Assembly: GCA_900128395.1 (NCBI GenBank)
Contig: LT649246.1
Location: 44,346-64,345, forward strand
DNA: 20,000 nucleotides
Direction: 5' to 3'
DNA from: Stramenopiles sp. TOSAG23-2
Lineage: Eukaryota
In this document: positions 1 to 10,314 of the stretch, piece by piece
Numbering within the stretch: the first letter of the stretch is position 1
Layout of the letters: the number at the start of each line of letters is the position of its first letter
The notes under the pieces: model-generated
What the model was told of the DNA's origin: nothing
Database searches by the model: none
Seen by the model: the letters and a program-made list of their open reading frames with translations, nothing else
Position numbers and translations under genes: made by a program

Positions 1-356
1 TCAAATATCTATAGTATACTAAATATATGCTTGGGGGAGGTTTTCATCCGATTAATTATTTGAAATTATTGTGTGCATTCCTGCTAAGGCCTGGCATTTT
101 GCAAAATTAAAATTGAAATTATAACGCAATACCAGGTACTATTGAAAAAAAAATCAATGGTGAAAATGTAAAAAAAAATTAATAATTCATTTTATTATTT
201 TTGTGTGGAGATAAGAAAATAATATAGTGTTATATCCGTATATACACATATACAAATAATGCACTTGACGTTTTCGTTCGTTCGTACAGACATATATATA
301 TTACATACATACACGCTTTGTAAGTCGAATTTGCAAGGTCAAATATCTCCGAAATA

Positions 357-3300
357 ATGAGTCAAAAGCAACAAGATAAAGAGGAAGAAACAAATAAAGA
401 TGGGGAGGAAAGTAATAATAATTTAAGTTTTGGTAGTGGCATAATTCCTGCTTTTGGTGCTGGTTTACAACAACCAACTTTTGCATTTACTGGTGGTGAT
501 TTTTCGATCCAAAAAGTTGAAGATGATGGAATATCTGTACCGACTGCTACGTATGCGGATGATAATTTCAGTTTTCCATCAACAGTTGCTTTTGGAACTT
601 CCACCAGTACACCAAAAATACAATTTGGTAAAGTAAATACTCCTGGAGGTGATAGAAGTGGCAATACCACTAATAATAATAGCGATAACAATAACAATAA
701 TAGTAACAACCAACTTTCTTTTGGCAGCGGACCAAGTACCTCTGGCAATTCAATCAACCCAATGTTAAATCCTGTATCAACAGAAACAACAAATTTGCAG
801 ACGCAGGTAACAGAAGCAAATACATCAAAAACAACATTTAACAAAACAAATATAAATTCACCATCTATAATAACACCTGTGAAGCAAGATATTGCTATAA
901 ATAATGATAATAATGATGGTGGGACGACATCGATGATGATGCCCACGACTACTACTACCACCAGCAGCACCACAACAACAACTGCATCTATAAATAACAA
1001 AGATGCAAATGATAATAAGAAGGAAGAAGAAGAAACAGAAGAAAATGAAGATGACTTGGAAATGCTAAATGATGATGGCAGTGACAACAATAGATGCCCA
1101 GCATATTTATCAGAAAAACAATTTGAGCAGATACAAAACAATCAATTAGGTTTAAGTATTATTTCAAAAGCGAATAAGTACATCAAAGCAGTGGAACGAA
1201 ACGCCGAGAGGGACCAAGCCAAAGCTAAAGCAAGGGTAATCGATTCAGAGCAACTTTTTCACCAGTTGGAAAATCGATTTGTACATTTACAAGAAGAATT
1301 AACAAAAGCGAAGATGGAAAAAGATAATGCATTGCAAAATGTGAAAGAGCAAGGAACAAAAGATCAATCTGAACATCTTGCATTAGTAGAAGCAAGGACT
1401 AAAATAGCACGATTGGATAATACAAAACATGAATTGGAGCGAAAGGTTGCAGAATTAACGGAAACGAAACGCAATGCGTTAGAAATGTCGGAACATCGTT
1501 TAACGACAATTGATCGTTTGCATGAAGAGTTACAAAATTCTGAGAAGAAGTTGTTGTCTTTGAGTCAACGCGAGGCGACATTTCAAGATGAATTAAATGA
1601 AGCAAAACGAGCATTGGCTCCTACGAAAATGGAAAGGGATAGATTTAAACAAGAGCTCGATGCCTTACGCGAACATGCTAAATGGGCGGAAGAGGAACAA
1701 GCAAAGAAAGCAAAAGAATTATTAGAAGAGCGTAAATCAAATGCTTTGAAAGTCACTGAGTTAAATTCAGAATTGCATTCCAAAACAACTGAAGCGACAA
1801 ATAATATTGAAATGTTACGTACGGAACGTTTACGTAGCAAGGAGCTTGGTGAGAGAATGAACAAATTACAGGCAGATTTGCGTGATTTACAAAGTTCAAA
1901 TGCTACGGAGCAAGAACAATACCGCACGGAACTTGCACAAAGCAAAAAGTTATGTGATTTATATAAAGCTTCACAAAGTGATGCAGAGGAGAAAGCAAAG
2001 GAATCAGCTGCATTATTGCAAAGCTTGCGAACAGCGGCTGCAAATGCACATGAATCATACACTGAAAAAGAGAAGAAATGGGAACTTGAACGGAAAAATT
2101 TAATGTTAACAAACGGCAGTAGTCTTGGCGTAGCACCTTCATCAAATACTACGACTACGACAACAACAAGTAAGAGCACTCTCCCAGCACCCAATGTTTT
2201 AAATGCTATGGGATCATTAGCCCCAACCGCAGTTGCTGCAATGCAAGAAAAACAAGGAATGACTATGACGGAAATGTATTCAGCCAAAATTGCAGTAGAG
2301 CAAGAAAATGCAAAATTAAAAGAACAGAAAAGGAAATTGGAAACATATATGTCTGAAATTTTGAATGAAGTTCAAAGTAAGGCACCATTAATTAACGAGC
2401 AGCAGCAAGAATACCAACGACTAGTTGGAAGTCATGATGAATTGAGCGGACGCTTGGAAAAAACAATGCAGGAGAATCGAACAGTTCAAATTCAATTAAA
2501 ACGCTCGTACGAAGAGCGAGATTTAGCATTACGTCGCGTTGCATCTGTAGATCAAGAAAATGCTGATTTAGCAAGGCAATTACAAAATTTATTACGGAAA
2601 CAATTAGCTGGTACTCTAAGTGCTACGAAAAGTGCATTGTTGAACGCATCATCGCCATACAAAAATGCTAATAACTTTGGTACATCGTATAGGACACCTA
2701 TGCAACACAATAATAACATGCAAATCACTGCCGAACGTGCTATTACAGAAAATTTAGTCACTTTTAGCGATATCGAAGATTTACAACGTCAAAATCAAAA
2801 GCTATTGGCATTAGTTAGGCAATTAAGCGGGGATAAGGAAAAAAAAGAAGAGGATGAAGAGCGCAAGCGAGCAGAAGAAAGCGCGCCATCTACCATGGAA
2901 AAATTGCGTTTGAAAGAGGAGGAATTAAAAGAACTTCAACAGGGTCGTGAGCGTCAGGCGAAAATCGTTCAAGCTATTGTTCGACAACGAGATCAATATA
3001 AAAAATTATTGGAGGAAGGTGGTGCTCTTGGAAGAGCAATTGGTGTTGCTGCAAAGGCTCGCTCAGAAATGAGTAGCACTAATGCTTCCAATGGACAAAC
3101 AGCACCTGCTGATCCAAATACCGAGGAAGATGGCGCCACCTCTAGCAGGCAAGCTGCTGATATTTCTGATCGTCTTCTTGCTGAAGTTCGCAGTGAATTT
3201 GCAGCGTACCGGGATGAACAACAACAAACGGTTGATATGTTGCAAACAACGTCAGCGAAGTTGAAGGAAGAAATTTCTAGCTTACGAGTGAAAGCAACTA

Positions 3301-6300
3301 GGTCTGAAGCTGACGCAAATTTCCACCGCGAAAACTATGCAACTTTGCTCAGTACCACCGAGGGAGCCAGGGAATCACTGGAGAATCATCGAAAACAAGT
3401 AGCGGAGCAGCAAGCGACGATTCTAAGTCATGAGCGTTTCTTAAAGGAAGTTCAACTGGAGCTAAATGCTGCAAAAGAGGAGTTAAATACGAATCGCACA
3501 AAATTGTTACGCTTGGAAGGCGAGAAAAAAAACGCAGACGCAGCAAATGTACGTTTAAAAAGTGAAAATGAACAAATTGCGGCAGAGCGAGATCGCTACG
3601 TAAAATTAGCCGATTCAATTCGCCGTATAGAAGATGGCTTGGAATCACGGGCGCATGATATGAATGATCAGCTAAAGAAAGATGTAAAACGCCTCGAAGA
3701 TGAGTTGAACACGGAAAGAAAGAATTTAACAGCACTTAGGGAGAAACACTCGGAGGAACTTTCTGCAGTACGAGGAAGTGAACAAGGGTTGAAAGATCGC
3801 TTGTATGCTCTTCAAAGAAAACATGATTTATTGGAGCAAAGCCAGGTTACTTTAACAGAAAAGAACGAAGATCTTGAGTCGCAATTAACACGCCAAGGGG
3901 AAGAGCTTTTGAATGCTCGTGAGGATATCAAGCGCCAAGCACGTAGACATCGTAGCAGTAGTGACAACCCAGAAGGAGAAGAGGAAGATGGTGGTTTCGC
4001 CCTTGTTGCCACAGCAAATGAAGTTGCTGAGTTAAAATTGCAGATCACAGATTTGCGTGCTGAGTTATCAGCTGCACGAACAGCAGCCAAAGAGCAAGCA
4101 AAATATGTCATTGAATACAAAACAATTGCACAGGCAAATGAGGATGCGTTAGCAAAAGTTTCGGAGTCATACGAGGCACTAAAACAGCAACACCAAGAAG
4201 CGGTGACCAAAGCGACAAATGATATAGATGCAATACGCGAAACGTTGCAGGCTAATATTAATGATTTAACAAAAGCTAAAGATGCCGCAGAGAAAAAATC
4301 AAAAACTGCTACTGCACAATTAGATGATGCATTTAAACGTGCGCAAGAAGCGGAGGAGGTCGCGAAGGGAGCCAGCGAGCGGGAAGCGAAAATGAAGGCG
4401 GATGTCAATGTATATGTGGTCGCTAGTAACGAAGCAACTGCTAATTATCAACGCGAACTTCAATTGCATGCAGAAGATTCCAAGCTTTTGGCATCATTAA
4501 GAAAGGAAAAGCTTTCAAATGATGCAGTCTTAAAAGAGAATGATAGGAAAATTGCAACGTTGACAGCTAATTTAGCGAATATGGAGCAAAGTCATAAAAA
4601 AGATTTAGAGCTTCTTCAAAGCGAGGTTTCAAGTTTAAAGTCCCGCAATGAAGAGATGGAGAACAAAAATATGGTCTTGCATGAGCAAATCGACACATTA
4701 ACTGCTAGAACGGATAAACTAATTGGTGACTATAATGGTGGTGATGGTGATGATGGCACTAGCAATGACGATGATGGCACGGCAATAGTTTTGGAGCAAA
4801 CACAGCAAAGCGAAGCTCAACTTCGACGACTTGTCAAATACTTAAGGAACGAGAAACAAGTTATACAAGCAGAAATGGATCTTGCAAAATCAGAAAGATT
4901 AAGAGCGAAACATCGCGCTGATTTATTAGGGAGACAATTAGATGAAGCCAGGATACAAATTATATCGCAAAGTGAAGCAGATTCAAATGGCGCAAAAGCT
5001 GCCGAGGAACGCCAAACGAAATTGTTGAAACAAACACAGCAAATATCATTATTAGAAGAGAGCAATATGTACTTAAAGCAAACTGCCACGGATAATGAAG
5101 AAAAATCGAAGACTCTTGATGCCAAAGTACAGAAATTGGAAAAGAAATTGAAGCCGATTGAGAAAAAGTTGAGAGATGCTATTGCTGAACGCGATGCTGC
5201 TATATCTGATCGTGCCCAGGCAGAAGAGGAGAAAGAAATGTGGCATAGTCGTGTCAATCATATGGTTAGTAAATATCATCAGATTGACCCCGCGATACAC
5301 CAAGAGAAAATGCAAAAGTTGGAGGAGACTGAAAAAGAGTTGGATAGTTTAAATAAAGCATATGCTAAAATGAGGCAGACACTTATGCCAAAATTAAAGG
5401 ACAAGGCACAAACGGAGAAAAAAAGAGCTGATGCTGCGACGAAAGACTTAGAAGCTGCGAAAGAAAAGATTCAGGAACTAGAAGCAAACGTTTCGTCTCT
5501 TGAAAAAAGCTACGAGCGATTAAGAAAAACTGCAAATGTTTTGAAGGCAAGAATTGCCAAAAAGGGAACGGGTGCACCGGCAGCGACAAGTGGAGGAAGA
5601 GTTACACCTGTACCTAGTACGTCAACTTCCACTACTACTTCAACCAAAGCAGCTAGCAACAAAGGCAAAAATAACAAGAATAAAAATAAGGACTTGAAAG
5701 GAGGAAAGAAAGGAAAGAAAGATGAAAGCAATAAAGTGGAAGAAATGAACGCCGAGGAGGAAAATAATGTTGGAGAAGAAGAGGAAGAAGAGGAGGAGGA
5801 AGTTGTACCAGAAAAGAAAGATAATAATCAAGGAAATAAAAAACAAATACAAAAACAAAAGAAGCAACAAAATAAGAAGCAAATAAGGAATACGGGTAAA
5901 AATAAACATAACAATAAATCCTCCGCCTCTGGTGCTTTAGGTAAAGATAAAGATGCTAAAAATAATAAAAATGTACAAAAAGTTGTCAAAAAATCTTCTG
6001 CAGCCAGCATCAAAGCAAAATTTTTAGGTGCTTCGTCGAAAAAGCCTAAGCCGGGAAGGAAAGAATCAGAATCTAAAGTGGATGATACGAAAGGTAATGA
6101 TGGCCCATCCCCCAAAAAAGCAAGCAGAAAATCGTCTGCAGATGCTGTCAAAGCAAAATTAGCAGCGAAACTAGCTAAAATGAAAAAGGAAAAAGCCGAC
6201 AAAATCCATGCAGCAAAGAAAAGAAAGCTATCGGATGTAAACGATGGAGATAATGACGTTGTCAGCGGTAATAAAAAAAATAAACGAAAGTTGGATGATG

Positions 6301-7370
6301 TTTCTGGTGTTACATCAGATGCTGTAGACGAAGAAGCTCCTGCTATTAAAAAGCAAAAATCTAATGAGGAATATAAAAGAAAGCTGAAAGAAGATATGAA
6401 AAAGAGAATGTTGCAATTGCAGGCACTAAGAAAGAAGAAGCGAACAGAATCAAAAGACAAAACCGAGGAAGTGAAACCAAGCCCGAAAGATAAAACAGAA
6501 GCTGGTGGCGATGACGAAAATAAAGAGGTTGAAGAGGAAGATGCTGATATGGTTGACGATAATAATGTTGTTGAAGTTGTTGATGCGGAGAATAAGAAAG
6601 ACGAGAATGATGATGATATTGAAGATGGCGAAGACAAGGATGTAACAACAACAACAACAACAACAACCACAACAACAACCAAGCTAAATCCATCTGCCTC
6701 TGTTTTTGTACCATCTGGACCAACATCGTCTTCTATTTTTGGTTCTACTACTAATGATGGAGGGACAGCTTTGTCTACAACTTCAAATCCTTTTGGAGCA
6801 TTTGGTGGTAGCACTACATCCTTCCCAACTTTCGGGGAAGTGCCTGCATCTGGTAATAATTCTATTTTTGGAAGTGGGACTGGTGATGGGCCAACTTTTG
6901 GTGATTCAACAACTTCATTTGGAACCTTTGGAAGCAATAAAAATGACGCAAATACACCAGCTATACCATTATTTAGCGCATCAAAGACATCGTTAACAAT
7001 GAATAAAGATAGCAGTGAAGCACCTGTGTTTGATGGCTCAACATTTGGAAGTGCAATGAAAAAACATAAATCAAAGCCTACTTTAGAATCGGTGCAAGAA
7101 GGTGAAAACGAAGAGTCAGGAGAGGAGGTATCTGGCGACGAGGATGAAAACGAGGAGGAAGATGAAGAGGATGAAAACGAGGAAGAAAATGATGATGATG
7201 ATGACAATGACGATGATCAAAACGATGAATCTGGCGAGGAAGAATTTGGAGAGGAGGACGAGGTTGAAGAAGAAAATGAGGAAAATTCAGAAGACGAAGA
7301 TGATGAGGATGAAGATGATGATGAAGAAGTTGACGAAGTTGACGAAGAAGATGACGCAGAGGAAGAGTGA
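357..7370 (+). CDS. TPR: Nuclear pore basket nucleoporin TPR/Mlp1 family protein (long coiled coil; low-complexity FG-containing termini, basic NLS-rich region, acidic tail)
   Basis: Uninterrupted 2337-aa ORF with a ~1500-aa heptad coiled coil. It has TPR/Mlp hallmark segments MTMTEMYS...LETYMSEILNEVQSKAPLINEQQQEY, LVTFSDIEDLQRQNQKLLALVRQL, NYQRELQLHAED (4443-4478), LRRLVKYLRNEKQVI, QISLLEESNMYL and WHSRVNHMVSKYHQIDP. Confidence 0.9.
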   Translation: MSQKQQDKEEETNKDGEESNNNLSFGSGIIPAFGAGLQQPTFAFTGGDFSIQKVEDDGISVPTATYADDNFSFPSTVAFGTSTSTPKIQFGKVNTPGGDRSGNTTNNNSDNNNNNSNNQLSFGSGPSTSGNSINPMLNPVSTETTNLQTQVTEANTSKTTFNKTNINSPSIITPVKQDIAINNDNNDGGTTSMMMPTTTTTTSSTTTTTASINNKDANDNKKEEEETEENEDDLEMLNDDGSDNNRCPAYLSEKQFEQIQNNQLGLSIISKANKYIKAVERNAERDQAKAKARVIDSEQLFHQLENRFVHLQEELTKAKMEKDNALQNVKEQGTKDQSEHLALVEARTKIARLDNTKHELERKVAELTETKRNALEMSEHRLTTIDRLHEELQNSEKKLLSLSQREATFQDELNEAKRALAPTKMERDRFKQELDALREHAKWAEEEQAKKAKELLEERKSNALKVTELNSELHSKTTEATNNIEMLRTERLRSKELGERMNKLQADLRDLQSSNATEQEQYRTELAQSKKLCDLYKASQSDAEEKAKESAALLQSLRTAAANAHESYTEKEKKWELERKNLMLTNGSSLGVAPSSNTTTTTTTSKSTLPAPNVLNAMGSLAPTAVAAMQEKQGMTMTEMYSAKIAVEQENAKLKEQKRKLETYMSEILNEVQSKAPLINEQQQEYQRLVGSHDELSGRLEKTMQENRTVQIQLKRSYEERDLALRRVASVDQENADLARQLQNLLRKQLAGTLSATKSALLNASSPYKNANNFGTSYRTPMQHNNNMQITAERAITENLVTFSDIEDLQRQNQKLLALVRQLSGDKEKKEEDEERKRAEESAPSTMEKLRLKEEELKELQQGRERQAKIVQAIVRQRDQYKKLLEEGGALGRAIGVAAKARSEMSSTNASNGQTAPADPNTEEDGATSSRQAADISDRLLAEVRSEFAAYRDEQQQTVDMLQTTSAKLKEEISSLRVKATRSEADANFHRENYATLLSTTEGARESLENHRKQVAEQQATILSHERFLKEVQLELNAAKEELNTNRTKLLRLEGEKKNADAANVRLKSENEQIAAERDRYVKLADSIRRIEDGLESRAHDMNDQLKKDVKRLEDELNTERKNLTALREKHSEELSAVRGSEQGLKDRLYALQRKHDLLEQSQVTLTEKNEDLESQLTRQGEELLNAREDIKRQARRHRSSSDNPEGEEEDGGFALVATANEVAELKLQITDLRAELSAARTAAKEQAKYVIEYKTIAQANEDALAKVSESYEALKQQHQEAVTKATNDIDAIRETLQANINDLTKAKDAAEKKSKTATAQLDDAFKRAQEAEEVAKGASEREAKMKADVNVYVVASNEATANYQRELQLHAEDSKLLASLRKEKLSNDAVLKENDRKIATLTANLANMEQSHKKDLELLQSEVSSLKSRNEEMENKNMVLHEQIDTLTARTDKLIGDYNGGDGDDGTSNDDDGTAIVLEQTQQSEAQLRRLVKYLRNEKQVIQAEMDLAKSERLRAKHRADLLGRQLDEARIQIISQSEADSNGAKAAEERQTKLLKQTQQISLLEESNMYLKQTATDNEEKSKTLDAKVQKLEKKLKPIEKKLRDAIAERDAAISDRAQAEEEKEMWHSRVNHMVSKYHQIDPAIHQEKMQKLEETEKELDSLNKAYAKMRQTLMPKLKDKAQTEKKRADAATKDLEAAKEKIQELEANVSSLEKSYERLRKTANVLKARIAKKGTGAPAATSGGRVTPVPSTSTSTTTSTKAASNKGKNNKNKNKDLKGGKKGKKDESNKVEEMNAEEENNVGEEEEEEEEEVVPEKKDNNQGNKKQIQKQKKQQNKKQIRNTGKNKHNNKSSASGALGKDKDAKNNKNVQKVVKKSSAASIKAKFLGASSKKPKPGRKESESKVDDTKGNDGPSPKKASRKSSADAVKAKLAAKLAKMKKEKADKIHAAKKRKLSDVNDGDNDVVSGNKKNKRKLDDVSGVTSDAVDEEAPAIKKQKSNEEYKRKLKEDMKKRMLQLQALRKKKRTESKDKTEEVKPSPKDKTEAGGDDENKEVEEEDADMVDDNNVVEVVDAENKKDENDDDIEDGEDKDVTTTTTTTTTTTTKLNPSASVFVPSGPTSSSIFGSTTNDGGTALSTTSNPFGAFGGSTTSFPTFGEVPASGNNSIFGSGTGDGPTFGDSTTSFGTFGSNKNDANTPAIPLFSASKTSLTMNKDSSEAPVFDGSTFGSAMKKHKSKPTLESVQEGENEESGEEVSGDEDENEEEDEEDENEEENDDDDDNDDDQNDESGEEEFGEEDEVEEENEENSEDEDDEDEDDDEEVDEVDEEDDAEEE
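6644..6680 (+). repeat. (ACA)n trinucleotide microsatellite encoding poly-Thr inside TPR
   Basis: The run aacaacaacaacaacaacaacaaccacaacaacaacc is directly visible. Less pure poly-Thr tracts also occur near 945-983 and 2148-2170. Confidence 0.85.
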
Positions 7371-7828
7371 GAAGCGTAAAGTATACGAATCGTATAATTT
7401 TCTCTTTTACTCATAACTCATATAATATATATGCATATATATATATAAAATGATGGTTAAAATCTAAAGTTATAATAATTTTACACTTCTCGTGTTAAGT
7501 AAATATGCTCAATACTCAATCGCAAGAATTAATATGCTATCCTACTATAGTAAAGCTCTTATGCACCTCTGCAAACTAATACTCCACCAAGCACAAGTAG
7601 ATATATATATATATTTATTTAAAAAATTGCTTTTACTTCCGTGTACAAATTAAATCTCAAATCAGAAATATGATTTATAAGCGCTCATTAACTCATACTT
7701 CGTAGTTTTATATCATATAAAAGCGTAAAATATACGAAGCCGTTGATGCATAATATATTTTTATACTGAATACGTCTCGTAGTGTTTTAATTTTTGTACA
7801 CGCGCCACATATAATTTTATTTTTTAAT

Positions 7829-9037
7829 TTACTCTACCGGCTCATCAGCTGGCCAATTTGGTTCTTTTGATAATTCTTCTTCTGCTTCAAGTGCACAATA
7901 AACTTGACGACGCATTTCCACAGCACGACTTCTTAACCCACGTACTAATTGTTCTAATTGTGGGTGTGCCGTACCTAAGCCTAAAGTAGTTACATTACGA
8001 TACAACGATTTATATGCTTTGAACCTAGCCTTGTAAGCGTTTAGACGCCGATCTATTGAATGGCCATCAACTACCATAATGTTTGGATCCTCTGAATTAA
8101 TTAATGCTTTGCTTGCTAATTCAAGTATTTTTATTTTATTGTATCCATTGTTACCTTGAAATTGACCATCTTTTACAATGTCCGATAATTCCTCTACTAA
8201 TCGATCATTTTCGCTTACCTCGAAGAAAAATATCACTTCATTATATGCAACATATCTACCATCATCAAGTCGCACTACATTATGGACAGGAAAATTATTC
8301 ATGTATATTTTATCAGTCATTTCAGGATAGCGGCGTAACGATTTGATTTGCTCAGTTTCCACCAACCTCAAACGGAACAGCTCACCATCGTTAGCGCCTT
8401 CCGGTACTTTTCCTTTATGTTCCAACCTTATATCTACACGTGTATTCTCTTCTTCGTTTATTAAAACATTTGATTCTGTTCGCTCAAGCGTTACAACTTG
8501 ATTTGGTTGAGCATTTGGGCTGACAACTGCAACGGTTTCATGAGCCAAAAACAACAAATTATGTATATTCAATTGGCACCCCCAAAATAGAGTAGGGAAG
8601 TCTCTCATGTTACAACTATAATCCTCATGAAAATCCAACTCTTGATTCAAGTCGGAAAATATCCACGTTTTGTTTACAATACCACTAGGATTTGCAATTT
8701 TTGTTTCTTTATATGTTTGATAAATTGAAATGTATTTAGCTTTCAATGTATTGATGCATTTGTTGTCTAAAATGTCCTTACTCTGTAACAATGCAGCATT
8801 TTGTATCAAAGTATCGCAATAATCAACCTTTTTATTGAAAATTTCATCTATATATATATAATGTAACCAATAAGCATCACGAATAGATGTTACATTAAAA
8901 AATTTATTTACCAGACTAATATTTAAATTTTCTCTTATATTTAAATAACTAAGTATAACATATTGCAACGGTGTTGGAATAAATTTATCAACTACATTCA
9001 ACAACTCCGATTCTGAATTCCCTTTAATATAAAACAT
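7829..9037 (-). CDS. F-box domain-containing protein (putative)
   Basis: 402-aa ORF. The N-terminal segment FIPTPLQYVILSYLNIRENLNISLVNKFFNVTSIRDAYW fits the F-box pattern LP.EI...ILSYL....L..LS.V.K.F......D..W. The C-terminal part is not recognised. Confidence 0.65.
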   Translation of the reverse strand: MFYIKGNSESELLNVVDKFIPTPLQYVILSYLNIRENLNISLVNKFFNVTSIRDAYWLHYIYIDEIFNKKVDYCDTLIQNAALLQSKDILDNKCINTLKAKYISIYQTYKETKIANPSGIVNKTWIFSDLNQELDFHEDYSCNMRDFPTLFWGCQLNIHNLLFLAHETVAVVSPNAQPNQVVTLERTESNVLINEEENTRVDIRLEHKGKVPEGANDGELFRLRLVETEQIKSLRRYPEMTDKIYMNNFPVHNVVRLDDGRYVAYNEVIFFFEVSENDRLVEELSDIVKDGQFQGNNGYNKIKILELASKALINSEDPNIMVVDGHSIDRRLNAYKARFKAYKSLYRNVTTLGLGTAHPQLEQLVRGLRSRAVEMRRQVYCALEAEEELSKEPNWPADEPVE

Positions 9038-9143
9038 ATTGTAGTATAATGGTAATTATGATACATATATATTGTTTCTGTGTTTTCTATATATAGTTCT
9101 ATCTGTGTATATATTCATATCATTATTATTTTATAAAATTATA

Positions 9144-9152
9144 TACCTGGTA
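9144..9152. promoter_or_regulatory. Recurring palindromic element TACCWGGTA (copy in the divergent F-box/DUF547 intergenic region)
   Basis: The same 9-mer occurs at 130-138, 9144-9152, 10653-10661 and 14751-14759, all outside the called genes. Function is inferred only. Confidence 0.4.
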
Positions 9153-9303
9153 ATACATAATACCTGATGGATGGAATTCTAAGAAGAAGCCAGTCGGTGT
9201 ACGTAACAACACACATTCGAACAAAATGTAAAAGTGTATAAGAACAGAAGTAGTAAAAGAAAAAAATAGATAAAAGAAATATGGTTTATATTGGTAAATA
9301 ATA

Positions 9304-10314
9304 ATGGAAGAAGAAGAAGACGAAGTAGGAAATGTTGATGAGTTGATACCGAAGAAGAAAAAGAAAACATGCTGTAATAATATAGTAGTAAGAAGAAAAA
9401 AATATATATTGATTTCAAGTATTATCATTATGATGATGACTGGTATTGTAATTTTAATAATATTTTTATTGAATGCGAAGCAAGAAATCATTCAAATACC
9501 TACTGCGTGTGTAAATAATGAAACTAACATAATAAATAATGTAAACAATAATGAAAATAATAAGTGTAATTTTTATATGCATACGAAATGGAATAATGTT
9601 TTACAAAAGTTTTTACAAAAAGATATTGTAAAGGAGGGCGTCACGTTTAATGCATTTGATTATTCAGGAATATTACAAGATAGAAGCTTGCTGGATGAAT
9701 ATTTAGAATTTTTAAAAAGTGCAAAATTAAAAGGGTTAACAAGAAATGGACAATTGGCATTGCTTTTAAATGCTTATAATGCATTCGCAATAGATATGGT
9801 TATATCAAATTTATGCAATCAACAATTATGTACCAGTATACGTGACGTACCAAATGTACCTTTGGGTGTTTCTGTTTGGAAGTGGAAGCGATTCATATTA
9901 GATGAAACAAAATTTAGTTTAGATGATATTGAACATGGAATGATAAGACCAACGTTTAAAGATCCTAGAATTCATAGTGCTGTTAATTGTGCATCTATTT
10001 CATGTCCTGATTTAAGAAAAGATGCATATGAGGAGCTAAACGTCCAGGATTTGTTAACAAATCAAACAAAATTATGGTTACAAAAACCAAATAATAAAGG
10101 ACTTAAAGTAAATAGCAATAATGTCATTTCTTTGTCTAAAATTTTTGATTGGTATTTGGGGGATTTTGAAAATGAATTTCCAAATGGAATGAGTAATTTT
10201 ATTAAAACATTTGGTGGTAGCGATGGTAAATCATATGCAAATCAATATGGCAATGACATCAACGATTGGAATATTGAATATTTTGATTACAATTGGAATT
10301 TAAATAATGTTTAA
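9304..10314 (+). CDS. DUF547 domain protein with N-terminal transmembrane anchor (type II membrane protein)
   Basis: 336-aa ORF. A hydrophobic stretch YILISSIIIMMMTGIVILIIFLL follows basic RRKK. DUF547 motifs are QLALLLNAYNAFAI, FSLDDIEHGMIR, DPRIHSAVNCASISCPDL, LSKIFDWYLGDF and IEYFDYNWNLN. Confidence 0.88.
   Translation: MEEEEDEVGNVDELIPKKKKKTCCNNIVVRRKKYILISSIIIMMMTGIVILIIFLLNAKQEIIQIPTACVNNETNIINNVNNNENNKCNFYMHTKWNNVLQKFLQKDIVKEGVTFNAFDYSGILQDRSLLDEYLEFLKSAKLKGLTRNGQLALLLNAYNAFAIDMVISNLCNQQLCTSIRDVPNVPLGVSVWKWKRFILDETKFSLDDIEHGMIRPTFKDPRIHSAVNCASISCPDLRKDAYEELNVQDLLTNQTKLWLQKPNNKGLKVNSNNVISLSKIFDWYLGDFENEFPNGMSNFIKTFGGSDGKSYANQYGNDINDWNIEYFDYNWNLNNV

Noticed and set aside
362-7207. Long antisense ORFs over TPR (362-1141, 1583-2287, 3812-4408, 4817-5257, 5828-7207)
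   Set aside because: These are S/F/L-rich shadows of GAA/AAA/GAT-rich sense codons, with no independent protein signature.
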